This document shows positions 1-11,182 of a stretch of 64,000 bases of DNA, one piece after another. The notes beneath the pieces were generated by a model that had not been told where the DNA came from, ran no database searches, and saw only the letters and a list, made by a program, of their open reading frames with translations. The stretch's first letter is position 1. Every line of letters begins with the position of its first letter. Both the position numbers and the translations under genes were made by a program. The DNA comes from Bugula neritina. Its lineage: Eukaryota; Animalia; Bryozoa. The stretch spans positions 8,256,581-8,320,580 of the forward strand of contig OZ037767.1 of assembly GCA_964035545.1 (NCBI GenBank), given 5' to 3'.

Positions 1-80
1 CAGTGTAGTTAGGCGGTGTGTATACGTCTTGTTGTGTGAATGAGCTTTAATAATAGGAGCTTTGAGGTACTTTATATTGT
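1..80 (-). CDS. Host gene exon, runs off window (NIKYLKAPIIKAHSHNKTYTHRLTTL)
   Basis: CTTTGCAACAG acceptor, phase 1, frame open to the window edge. Confidence 0.65.
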
Positions 81-623
81 CTGTTGCAAAGTAGAAGATT
101 GAAAAAAGATTTTTCCAGCTGATTACATTCTGATCACCAAAACTGTTGTGCTCTCATACTTTTCATTTTAAAGTACAAAACTGGACTTAAATAAAAACAT
201 AGCAGATATGTAAAATTTAGCTGTGAGAGCTATATAATATATAGCAATAGCAAAAAGTATAATTTATATAAGAACATAGCAAATTATTTTAATGCTATTA
301 TATAAAGTTTGTTAATCAGCACAGCTACAACATAAGTATTTGAAAAAACAGCTTGAACATTAAATATTGTAAACAAAATACTATGTCGATGCAGCCTGCA
401 TAAAAACATCTGCAAGCTAGATAGGTGTCAGAATTTTGTTTCTCAAGTTTATTCTCACTGATCAATTGTAAATATAAAATAATATCATCTGATTTAACAG
501 TAATTGTTAATTAAATTGATGATTTTGCATGTAACATAGTGACTACATCAAGGTAACCATAATAGTTTCTTTAAATATAACATGATTTTATATGCTACTG
601 TAATATATTGAGACAATAAATAC

Positions 624-812
624 CTGAACAGTCTGGAAATGTTGTGTCTTTACATTGACATTCAAAGCATGAGCTACACCCATCCTGTTCCTTACAGTGA
701 CAGTCATCTCTACAGACACAAGTATCTCCACAGGTGAACCCTTTACAGCCAGAAAGACAAACCACCTCCTCATACCAAACTAGACTTACTTGACTCAGAT
801 CTGCAGAGTAAT
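624..812 (-). CDS. Host gene exon, EGF-like repeat (CLSGCKGFTCGDTCVCRDDCHCKEQDGCSSCFECQCKDTTFPDC)
   Basis: Within ORF 595-846; TTTTTCAG acceptor, CAG|GTATTT donor, phase 1-1; Cys spacing resembles MEGF/SCARF-type repeats. Confidence 0.85.
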
Positions 813-1553
813 CTGAAAAAAATATTATTGCATTATTCAAGTACATTACATCAAAATATTATTAAAAATTTATTAATTTGACATCAAACAATATATTTGC
901 TTTATTAGTGTGAACCATCAGCAAAACACATTTAAGATAAGGTAATTTAATTGAAACTATAAAAAGCATATGCCACATGCATATGTCTTGCATATAGCGA
1001 AACACGCGACATATCTGCTAACCAAAATAACTTTTGCTGAAGCTTGCTTCAAGAGAACAGCCAGAAACACTACGAGCAGACAGTAATCCGACAGTAATAC
1101 TTTAAAGACTAATGTATTGACAAAAACAAGCTGCATATACTAATTTCCAGCAAATACGGATATATAACACACCTGCTCGGAACTAGATAAACGGACTCTA
1201 AAAATGGTATGTTGAAATAAAATGTGCTGGGCTACTATCAAGTCTAAAAGTTGGCACTAGAGGTCAACAAGTTTAACATTTTCAACAACTGTCTTACTCT
1301 ATACTAAAAAAGTACTTTTAAAAATCAATAGCAAATCCTATAATAAGATAGTAGAAGGAACAGCTGTAGTCTAGAGCATTTGCCTAGCAAGCATGAAGCC
1401 ATGGATTTTGTTTTGAATATCAAGACTATATTAGTTCAAATAAGCTAGTATCCCCAAATCTTTTTTTCAAGCACATTACTTTGAGGCAGCTTTAGCAAAA
1501 GCGACTTTGATCAGTTTTAAATTGCAATAAAAACAATTGCAGTGTGATTATAC

Positions 1554-1681
1554 CTGTTGGTGATAAGACAACATATTTCGCTTCGGTGCTTGGCTCACAA
1601 TTTCTAACCACATAGAAAGTAAGATAAAAAAATTCATCAAAAATTTCTAGTTCTCTAGGTAATTTTTTAGCGCAGCCACAT
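1554..1681 (-). CDS. Host gene exon (CGCAKKLPRELEIFDEFFYLTFYVVRNCEPSTEAKYVVLSPT)
   Basis: TTTTTAG acceptor, CAG|GTATAA donor, phase 2 to phase 1, open frame. Confidence 0.8.
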
Positions 1682-1794
1682 CTAAAAATTACAATAGTAA
1701 ATTTGCTTGAACTTTTTAGCTGTGTTTGTTGTTTTAATTAATTTATATCAATAATTTATATAATATAAAACATGGTATTGTAAATTTTACTTAC

Positions 1795-1913
1795 ATATGT
1801 CCCAATGAATGTACATAAAGCACTGAGAATTTATTAGTTGGCAATTTAAAAAATAAAAATTCATTAAAAGATTGGTCAAAGTCAGTAAATGTTTCTTCTG
1901 GTAACTCATTAAT
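1795..1913 (-). CDS. Host gene exon (INELPEETFTDFDQSFNEFLFFKLPTNKFSVLYVHSLGH)
   Basis: TTTTCAG acceptor, GTAAGT donor, phase 0 to phase 2, compatible with both neighbours. Confidence 0.8.
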
Positions 1914-2147
1914 CTGAAAAATAAAATTGAAAAAGTGTATAACTTGCAGCGTATAAATGCATTAATAAATGTATTTTAGTAAAAAGTATAGTGAGGTACT
2001 AAATTTGCAAGCGCAGCAGCTTAATTCAATACAAAAAACTAACGTCTTCCCTTTTGAAATAGTTTATGTGATTATAAGCTAAAGCATTTCTCATATTATA
2101 ACATATAAACCAATTAACAAATCGTCAACAAAACATACTCCCCGCAT

Positions 2148-2333
2148 GCACATATCAGTACATATATTATTAGTACACATATTAGTACAGTACACATATC
2201 AGTACATATATTAGTACACACATTATAGTACATATATTAGTACATATATTAGTACATATATTAGTACACATATCAGTAGATATATTAATACGCATATTAA
2301 TATGCATGTTAGTACACATATTAGTACACATAT
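2148..2333. repeat. ~12-bp minisatellite (TAGTACACATAT), left part; split by elements A+B
   Basis: Degenerate tandem units; the same array resumes at 18206. Confidence 0.9.
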
Positions 2334-2742
2334 TGTAGTTAATTTTGCCAGTTCACTATTATTATGTGTGGGTCGACTTAAACAAAGCCACTACACCAGG
2401 TTGTTTACGCTAAGATAACTTTATTATTTACACGAATACAAGACGGTTATTTACTGCTAGCATGAATAGAAAACGATTACATAATTAGTGAGCTTTAATA
2501 CACAACTACTCTAAATGAAGTCCCAAGCTGCTCTGCCGGCTAGCTACTCAGCGCACTGCAACTACGAGTAGCTAGCCCCACCTGCTATCAATTAGTGTGA
2601 CTGTCCTGATTGGTGGTTACTAGTGGTGCCACTGCTGTCCATAGCTACAATCCGACAGGGTAGAACTCACAATATAATAAACAATATAGAGTGAACCTTT
2701 TCGATTAATACAATAATAATTGCACTACTAAAATCCATCACA
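2334..2742 (-). repeat. Element A 3' LTR
   Basis: Direct repeat of 9551-9959, adjacent to the PPT. Confidence 0.95.
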
Positions 2743-2996
2743 CTCTCCTCACCTATCGAAAAGTACTCTCTATACTTAATATTTACATGGCAGTAACACA
2801 CAAATAATGATTAAAATAACATAGGTTTTTACAAAACTAGAGGTACACACTTGAACAAGAGAAAAATATATACATGGTAAATAATATAAGTATAATAAAA
2901 CGAGTGTTCACGCCGTAGTCCATAACACCTATTTACATTACTTGACTAGCCAGAATGGGGGGGGGGGGGGTACGTGTGTAGGTGGCCGCGCTTCTA

Positions 2997-4206
2997 TCAC
3001 TTCTTCGCCAGCCGTTTCTCTAGTCGGGTCTGCAACTTAGCCAGCTCGGTGGCCGCTCGCTTCTGTTCCTTACTGAGGCGGGCCATACGCCGTTGCACTT
3101 TCCTAATGTCAGTTAGTAGGGACTGGTCAGGGTCGCTGTCATCTCGGGGTGTGTTGCTAGCACCCCTCCTCTTCTTGTGGGTGTGTCGGGGCACATAGGA
3201 GATCATCGTCGTTGGGGGTTGTGAGTCCTTAGTTACAGCGCGTCCAGTACGGGTTACTATGACGCGTAGAGGTCGAGTGGTTACGTCTGGAGGGTAGGTT
3301 GTCGTTGTCTCAGAGGGTTGGGGGTCTGCATCAGAGTCACTCTCTACTGTAGGTCGGGTAGCGGGGAAGTGGTCTAGGAGAGTCTGTCGTCGGTCTGGGT
3401 CGGTCACGTGAGGTAGTATCAGATCCCTGAACTCAGTGTAGGAGTCCGCGTCAACTTCATATAAGTGTCCAATGTAGCAGTCTCGAGTCCGTTGATGCCG
3501 TAGTATAGTGTCCCTGCAGAAGTGGTGGACTCCGCAGGGACAGAAAGTCACAGTAAAATGTTGGGGGACATGTATTTTAAGTCTCTTGGTAGTGGATAGT
3601 GTTCGTCTACACTCAGTACATTGTCTATTATCGTCTGACCCTACTAGTGCTTGAATCAGCGTACGAGTCCGTCGAGTCGTCCAGTTAGTCCGTTTGAGTG
3701 AGGCTTGTGGCAGTGCTAAAATATTGTCATTGGCTACAGTCAAGTCAGTTATGTTCATCTGCATCGCAGTGTGTCGGTCGGTGTTTGTCGGGGAGTCCGT
3801 AAGTGTCGATAAGTGTATGTCGGACAGCATGTCTACCCCTGCTTCTGACATGCTGTCCCAGTTAGTCGTAGGTGTGTCAAGTAATGCCTGTATCTCGTCA
3901 GATACAGGCTCAGTCTCACCTGCAATAGAGTATTTAAATTCATGTATTATTTGAATTACACCCTATGCGTGGGACTCCCGTTCCAAACGATATTGATAAT
4001 CGAGTCTCACAGTCTGTCACTCACTGATCGTATAATCAGCTGAGTCGACCGTCCCACTCTAACTATCAAATATTGTCTGAGGTCAGGAAATTCAACTTTA
4101 TCATTATGACAAAGTGAGACTGCTGTCGCTACCAGAGTAAACTCTAATTAATTATTATAGAATTTCTAGTAGACTTACCCCCCAAAACAGTTGCTGCATT
4201 AGACAT
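2997..4206 (-). CDS. Element A ORF3: zinc-finger + coiled-coil accessory protein; predicted exons 4179-4206 and 2997-3919 (316 aa)
   Basis: 284-aa ORF 2997-3851 with CTEC-x12-H-x3-H and CPC-x12-H-x5-C. Frame stays open to the TTGCAG acceptor at 3920; GTAAGT donor at 4178 follows ATG TCT AAT...GGG G. Confidence 0.8.
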
Positions 4207-4447
4207 AATGATGCTGCTGTTTTCTTAGGGCTCGTAGATAGCCAAATTGTTTACTGCAAAAGACGTGCTGCCTGTTTGCTAGCTGTAATTGAAAAGGGCG
4301 CTCACAGCTAGAGTGCTTATGTAACACCCTATACGCTGTTGAGTTGGCTACGCTCTGCTGACCCCCGGCTGACCTATTCAATCCGCCACTGGGTCGCCTG
4401 TTATCAATTACCTCGCTCCCCCAGACTTGTTTGTGAATGTCGCCATG

Positions 4448-7400
4448 CTACAGAATACTGTGCATGTCGACCAAGTCACACAAGAAGTCTTTTAAATAAG
4501 ATGGTGGCGCCCTGGTACGTTGGCTACGGTCCAACGGTACCGGGGAGTTTGCTGCGACTGGTGACTCTTCCACCACGGGTGGTGTCGCCAGTACGGGGGG
4601 GTCCACCAGTACGGGTGGCCCTCCCCCAGCTGCCTCTCCCTCATTATTTTGAGGAATTTCCATCTCATCCGGAACGATGGGCCTGTCGACCGGCTCCACA
4701 GGTGGTGGGGCTGGCTCTGACAGGTCTTCAGGTGTGTCGGCCTCCTCTTCCTGGGGTGGAGGAGGCTGGGGCTGGTCGGCTGACGCATCAGCCGCCCCGT
4801 CCTGGTCTGGCAGTATCTCCTCGATCTCTCGATACGCCATGGGTCGCCCCCTCGTAGGAGGGCGCCTAGCTGGCTCTAAGAGAGGAGGTGCTTGACCTGC
4901 CGCATCAGGACTTGCCCAGTGAGGTTTTAGCCGTGCCTCGTTCTGGATCGACACTTGTCCAGACCGTTCCACTTTGTAGGTATGATTTGGCATTACCTCA
5001 ATTACGCAGTAGGGACCTACGAACTTCGGCTGCAACTTGGCTGCCTGTCCGCGCCTGCGGCGATGACTGGTCATCCAGACCCAGTCCCCCACCTTGTATA
5101 AAGGTGGGTCGTCAGAGTCACCACTTCTGACCTGCCACTGCTGCTCACGTAGCACCTCGTGAGCCGTCCCCATGCGTTTTACGAGCTTGTCCACGTAGTC
5201 TTGGACATTGCTCTCAGGAGTCGGAACATGATAGGTTACATGCTCAGGAACCCTGGTTTCTCTCCCCAGCATGAGAAAATTAGGGGTTTCCAGTGTACTG
5301 GAGTGAGGGGTACTACGGTACGCGCGCATGATCTGCGGCAACACCAAGTCCCACTCTTCCTGGCTCCTACCGATAAGCAGGCTTCTCAGAGAGTCCCCTA
5401 GCATTCGGTTGTTCCGCTCCACAACCCCGTTCCCTTGCGGGTGATACGGGGTCGTCCGACTCTGGTTTAGCCCCCACACTTTACAGATATCGCTCATGAG
5501 TTGCGACTGAAACTGGGAGCCTTGGTCAGAGTGTATCTGCTCCGGCAAGCCAAAATAGCAGAACACCTGCTGATCCAAGGCTCTGGCCACCGAGGGGGCC
5601 GACGCATCTGGAATAGCCAGTGCATCAGCCCACCGTGTGAAATGGTCAGTTAATACCAGTATCCAGTTATTACCTCTCGCTGTTGTGGGCATGGGGCCTA
5701 CCAGATCGACAGCAACCACCTGCCACGAACGACCGGCATGGAGGCGACACCTCCCTGCGGTCTCAGTGGGGCGGCCATGCTTGCTAGCTTGGCACACCTT
5801 GCACTTCCGCACCCGGAGTCGGACATCCCGGGTCATACCGGGCCAAAACCACTGGAGTTGAAGACACCTAGTCACCCGGCTAGCTCCTGCGTGAGCTTGC
5901 TTATGGGTGTCCCAGATCAACTCCCGCCTCAGAGCTGACGGGCAGACTACCCTCTCTCGCTCACTGCGATTGGTGCCGGCTGCCAACGTAATCGTTAGCA
6001 GCCCATCGCTGTTGAACCTGAGGGAGTCCCAGCGGTCACAGAAGTACTTAAACTCAGTACTCTTCACTCGCTGTTCGGCCTCACTCGGCCGCCGTCCCTC
6101 CTTCTTGGCCCGGACTAGGTCAGCTACCACTCCTGGTAGCGTGGACTGGAGCCGACATAGCTCCCTGACGTTCCGAAGCAACGTGGGGTTTGGGTGAAGG
6201 TTGTTAACAGCTTTGTTAGGAGATTCAGACAGGAGTTGCCCTTCTTCCCAGCTGTACACACCCGCTTTCCCCAACTGCGCTTCAACGTCTGAGCGAGGGG
6301 GTCCACCGTCCCTGCGCTCAATATTCTGGCATTGCTTACACCCATCTGCCTGGCGGCGACTGAGTCCATCTGCATTACCGTGTTTCTTACCGGGTCGATG
6401 CTCGATCCGATAGGAAAACTCTGCCAGGATCTCTAGCCAGCGCGCTACTTGGCTTGATGGTTTTGCCCGTCGACACAGCCATATCAGGGATGCATGATCC
6501 GTCCGAAGCCGGAATGTGCGCCCATATAGATATGGTCTAAAGTGTTTGACCGCCTTGACTACTGCCAGGAGTTCCCTCCTGGTTGTACAGTAGTTCTTCT
6601 CAGGCGCCGACAGGGCCTTGCTATAGTAAGCCACCACATTATGGTTACTGGCATCAGTATCCAAAATGTACTCCTTCGCAGGGTCAGGATACGCCAAGAT
6701 GGGTGCTTCCACCAGGCGATTCTTCAGGTGGTCAAATGCCTTCTGCTCGGCCTGCGTCCACTGCCATCGCACCCCCTTTGCGGTCAGCCGATTTAACGGC
6801 TGTGCAATTCCGGCGAAGTCTGGTATGTACTGACGATAGTACTCTATCACTCCCAGGAATGCCCGCAATTCAGGGAGGTCGACAGGGACGGCCCAGTCCC
6901 TCACAGTCCGTACCTTCTCGAGGTCGGTGGCAACCCCGTCTCGACCAACTACATGGCCCAGGTACTTAACCTCGCGTTGCAGTAATGCACACTTCAAGGG
7001 CTTGAGCTTCAGGCCCGCATCTCGGAGTCTGTCGAACACCTCCCTGAGTCGACTGACATGTGTGTCGAAGTCGGGGGAGATGATGATGACATCATCGAGA
7101 TAGATGAGCAAGGTCTTCCAGTGCAGTCCACTCAGGACCTGCTCCATGAGTCGCTGGAAGGTGGCTGGTGCGGACGTAAGTCCGAATGGCAACACCTTCC
7201 ATTTCCAGAGCCCATCCCACGTTATAAACGCGGCCTTGTCCTGTGCTTCAGGACTCAGGGGCACCTGCCAATACCCGCTTAGCAAGTCCAATGTGCTGAA
7301 GAACTTGCTACCAGCTAAGGCATCGAGCGACTCATCGATCCTCGGGAGAGGGTAAGCGTCCTGGATGGTCACGCTGTTCAGCCTGCGATAGTCAACGCAA

Positions 7401-8671
7401 AACCTCCAGCTACCATTCTTTTTCCGAACCAGAACAACTGGAGATCTCCAGGCCCCATGGCCTGGCTCGATCAGGTCCCGGTTCAGAAGGTCTTGCACCT
7501 GACGGCTCACTTCTCTTTCCTTCTCTTTCCGGGCGTCGTCCGCTGTTTCCAGCGCGGGCCCTACATCCTCCTCTTGCACGAAGTGGAACTTCCCTACTAG
7601 ATACCCAGCCGATAATTCTACCGGCTCCGTGAAAGGGTTTACGCACTGGACCAGGAACTCCCTCCGCTCATCCAGTCTATTCAGACTGTTAGCGAGCTGG
7701 ACGCCCCCCAGTGCACCTTCCACCACTCCGAGCTCGGAGAATTCCTTACAGTTCACCCTGCAGCGAACTGTAGCCCGAGAGCGCCCAGGTACAGTACAGC
7801 GCTGTACCACCTGCACTCCCCCCACCAAGGGTCGGCCAAATCAGACGACACAGGCCAGCTCACGCCCCGCCATCACTACTGCCGACTTGCTAAAGTCTAT
7901 GTAGCACCTGTGTCGTTTCAGAAATGGCATGCCCAAGATGGCATCCTCCTTGAGTTGACTGACGATGAAGGTCTCACTGATTGTCCGATCACGGACTCTA
8001 CCAGTCAACTGGATTACCCCATAGAAAGGAATACACGACCCGTCCGCCAACGTGCCGTGCTCCCCTTCACATGGTTCTAGGCTAGCCCTGTCCCTGGCAC
8101 TGAGAGTGTCGAATAGACGTCGACTCAGTAGATATGTGGTGCACCCAGTATCCAACAGGAATGTGACAGCTTTGCCAGCAAGTTTGCCGGGGAGGAAATA
8201 GCTGCTTCCATATGGCTGAGCGCTCACTGAGCGATTTGTCTCTTGAGGCGACACCTCATGTGCATGGAGTTGGAGATGCACCTGTGCTTTTCGGTTGCGA
8301 GGGGGTTGTCGACGTTGCATGGGCGGGCAGGGTACGTCTCGGTCTCGCTCACACACGGGCGGCCGAGTGAATTCTCGGACTGATGCTCGTGTGGGCAACC
8401 GAGGAAAATCCCTGTTGTGCTCCCATTCGTCGTTCACTCCCTCATCAAGCAAACCTTCAAAGCGGTTTTTGAGTGCCCAAGCCGGAGGTATTGGTGGGCC
8501 TTGCGGCCGACTCACTCTCCTTGGGGCTTGCCACTCTGGCGAAGGCGGCCTCCTCACCCGGTGGGGTGTGGGCCTTGGCTTCTGCCTTGGGGGGTTAAAC
8601 TGGGGCCCACGGTAGGCGGAAGTTACCGTGGGCCGTCGCTGTTTAACCGCCTCCCACTGCCGCGGGGGCAA
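4448..8671 (-). pseudogene. pol: Element A pol (PR-RT-RNaseH-IN); frameshift near 7841 and two in-frame internal deletions relative to D
   Basis: LLDTG protease, LPFGL and YLDD RT, TDAS and TDH RNase H, HHCC plus DDE integrase, GPY motif. Confidence 0.95.
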
Positions 8672-9495
8672 TTTCGTATGAGGTGCCCACCACTACCACA
8701 GCCCCAGCATACGGGGCCGCGCCTGTCGTCGACAGCTACCGATGACCTCCTGGGTCTCTCGGCTGTCGCCTGCTGGCGCAGTTGCCTGATCTCGGCTAGC
8801 AGTTCTCGAATCAAGCTCGTGGTCAAGCTAGTAGATTCGTCTGCTGCTGCCGCTGCGCCTTGAACAGCTGTCTTCACCGGCGATGTCGACACGTCGTCTG
8901 CCCCGACCTGCTGCACTGTCGCACCAGGTCGACTTGCACTGTCGGCTTGGAAATAGGCATTCCCAAGCCTTAGAGCTCTCTCCATAGTCTCAACTTCGGC
9001 CACCAGCAGATGCTGTTTTAGACCGAGGTTGTTAATAGACTGGAGGAATGCATCCAGTGCTAGGCTCTGTCGACTGTCGGCAGGCAAGTCGCTGTAAGCA
9101 ACTTGTGCCAGTCGTTTGACTGCGGTAGCATGCTCTCGTAGATTGGTCTTAGGATTTCTTCTAAGACTCTGCAGTTGCACACGAGCATCTCGAGCGGTTA
9201 ATCCAAACCGAGCTCAGAGTGCTTCAAATATGTCACCGACATTCTGGCTTATCCCATAGGGTTTAGCCGGCCCTGTCAGACACAACCGCAGCTGGATCAG
9301 AGTAACCCTATTCGGCCATCCGCAGATGTCCGCCACATCACTAAACTCAGTGATGAATTGCTCCACATCTTCTTCCCCTGAGAAGATGGGAGCCCGCAAG
9401 TGGTACCTGTCCATAGGCAGCGCTGGGCCGCCTATGTAATCCTCCTCTACTGCTGCTGGCTCCTGTCTGGGCGCGTCGACGACTTCGTCGGCCAT
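8623..9495 (-). pseudogene. gag: Element A gag (premature stop at 9214; CCHC knuckle CWGCGSGGHLIRNC)
   Basis: ORFs 9214-9510 and 8623-9180 are collinear with D gag. Confidence 0.9.
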
Positions 9496-9531
9496 CTTAC
9501 TCTCTGGCAAGGAGCATTTGTATTAAGTGGG

Positions 9532-9549
9532 ATCCCACCGCTGCCACCA
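9532..9549 (-). promoter_or_regulatory. Primer binding site, tRNA-Leu (TGGTGGCAGCGGTGGGAT); same or 1-nt variant PBS in B 10373-10390, C 26454-26471, D 28938-28955, E 45330-45347
   Basis: Complementary to the 3' end of metazoan tRNA-Leu(AAG/TAG) plus CCA; 1 nt from the LTR. Confidence 0.9.
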
Positions 9550-9550
9550 C

Positions 9551-9959
9551 TGTAGTGAATTTTGCCAGTTCACTATTATTATGTGTGGGTCGACTTAAAC
9601 AAAGCCACTACACCAGGTTGTTTACGCTAAGATAACTTTATTATTTACACGAATACAAGACGGTTATTTATTGCTAGCATGAATAGAAAACGATTACATA
9701 ATTAGTGAGCTTTAATACACAACTACTCTAAATGAAGTCCCAAGCTGCTCTGCCGGCTAGCTACTCAGCGCACTGCAACTACGAGTAGCTAGCCCCACAT
9801 GCTATCAATTAGTGTGACTGTCCTGATTGGTGGTTACTAGTGGTGCCACTGCTGTCCATAGCTACAATCCGACAGGGTAGAACTCACAATATAATAAACA
9901 ATATAGAGTGAACCTTTTCGATTATTACAATAATGATTGCACTACTAAAATCCATCACA
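9551..9959 (-). repeat. Element A 5' LTR
   Basis: Direct repeat of 2334-2742, adjacent to the PBS. Confidence 0.95.
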
Positions 9960-9963
9960 ATAT

Positions 9964-10371
9964 TGTAATGTGATTACGTAGTATAATAATGGGGTCGTCC
10001 CCTCTTGTATGGAATACTTTTAACTATGTTCTACTATCCAATCAGAGGGACCGGAAGACAAGGTTCCGGTCAAGTGACTGTGCGCGGGTTAGCTAGCAGA
10101 AACCATGTGTTGTTGAGAGCAGGGACTCGTAGTAGTAACGGAGAGTGATTGGCAATTATTGGATGAAGCCAAGCAGAACAATTTAATTTAGTTAGTTAGC
10201 GTATACTTGCCGTGATGTAAAGTAACCTTGTACTAATGCTTATAAAGATTTTTACGCCATTCATTACAGTTTTATAATAAAGTCTTACACACGAAAACAT
10301 CAGTGAATTGCTTGTGACTAGATGCAGATTGCTCACTAGAAGCCCACACAAACATTGTGCTTCGCACAACA
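9964..10371 (+). repeat. Element B 5' LTR (408 bp)
   Basis: TG..CA, followed by the PBS; last 108 bp identical to the 3' LTR. Confidence 0.9.
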
Positions 10372-10423
10372 GTGGTGGCAGCAGTGGGATCTTTCTAGCT
10401 GAGACAATGAAGAGACGGAGAAT

Positions 10424-11133
10424 ATGACAGAGCACACAACGAAGCACCCGGGAGGTAAGCCACCTAGTTTCTTGCATATGGAGGAGGTGTATAGAAGTAA
10501 ACTGACCGCTCCTACCCTCACGGGTGTAGAAGATGTAGAGCAATTCATTGAAGAATTCCACGATGTAGCAAATGTCGCTCAATGGCCGCCACAAGTAGCC
10601 CTCGTCAAGCTGCGGGAAGTATTGACGGAGCGCTAGACCGTTTGGACAAGGACGGAGCGTGGCGGAAATATTCACTACACTACGGAGCCGTTTTGGCACC
10701 TCCGCTCTGGAAGCCAGTGCTACAAGTGCTACAAGTGCTACAAGTGCTACAAGTGCTACGCCAGGCGGAAGGCACTTCGCTCCGCGACCACGTTGCCTTA
10801 ATGACGAGGCTGGCACGGAGCGCGTACAGCGACCTGCCAGAAGCACACAGACGGAACTTTACTCTCATTGACTTTATGCAATCCGTAAAAGATGTGGGTC
10901 TTTGCCACCAACTACAGGCAAAGGGAGTGACCACCCTAGAAAGTGCCCTGCAAGTCGGAGAAGACTGCCTCCGGGCAGAACGGTTACATACAGGGAAACC
11001 AGAAAGCACACAAGTCACGGCGGAGAGGGCCCAATCACTCGTAGGGAAGATGGGCCAGCTGAGTACCAGGCTGAAACAGATGGCAAAGACCCAGGAAGAA
11101 AGAACCCAGGAAGAGAGAACAACGCCAGGTTAG
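10424..11133 (+). pseudogene. gag: Element B gag (stop and frameshift, 9-bp tandem expansion at ~10715-10759)
   Basis: APTLTGVEDVEQFIEEF homologous to E, C and D gag. Confidence 0.85.
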
Positions 11134-11182
11134 GCAGAAACCACGACGGACCACCCGCCCTACTGGGCGACAGGAGCCGTTT

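Larger units (their letters stand above)
2334..9959 (-). mobile_element. Ty3/Gypsy LTR retrotransposon A (full-length, defective gag-pol, intact ORF3)
   Basis: 409-bp TG..CA LTRs (about 5 differences), TSD ATAT, PBS 9532-9549, PPT AGGTGAGGAGAG 2743-2754, order gag-PR-RT-RH-IN. Confidence 0.97.

Noticed and set aside
2148-2333. CRISPR-like array
   Set aside because: Tandem minisatellite with no spacers, in a eukaryotic context.
2997-3851. ORF3 as an env gene
   Set aside because: No signal peptide, furin site or TM anchor; zinc-finger and basic motifs instead.
4339-8863. Numerous antisense and alternate-frame ORFs over gag-pol
   Set aside because: Shadow ORFs of GC-rich coding sequence, repeated only because the elements are homologous.
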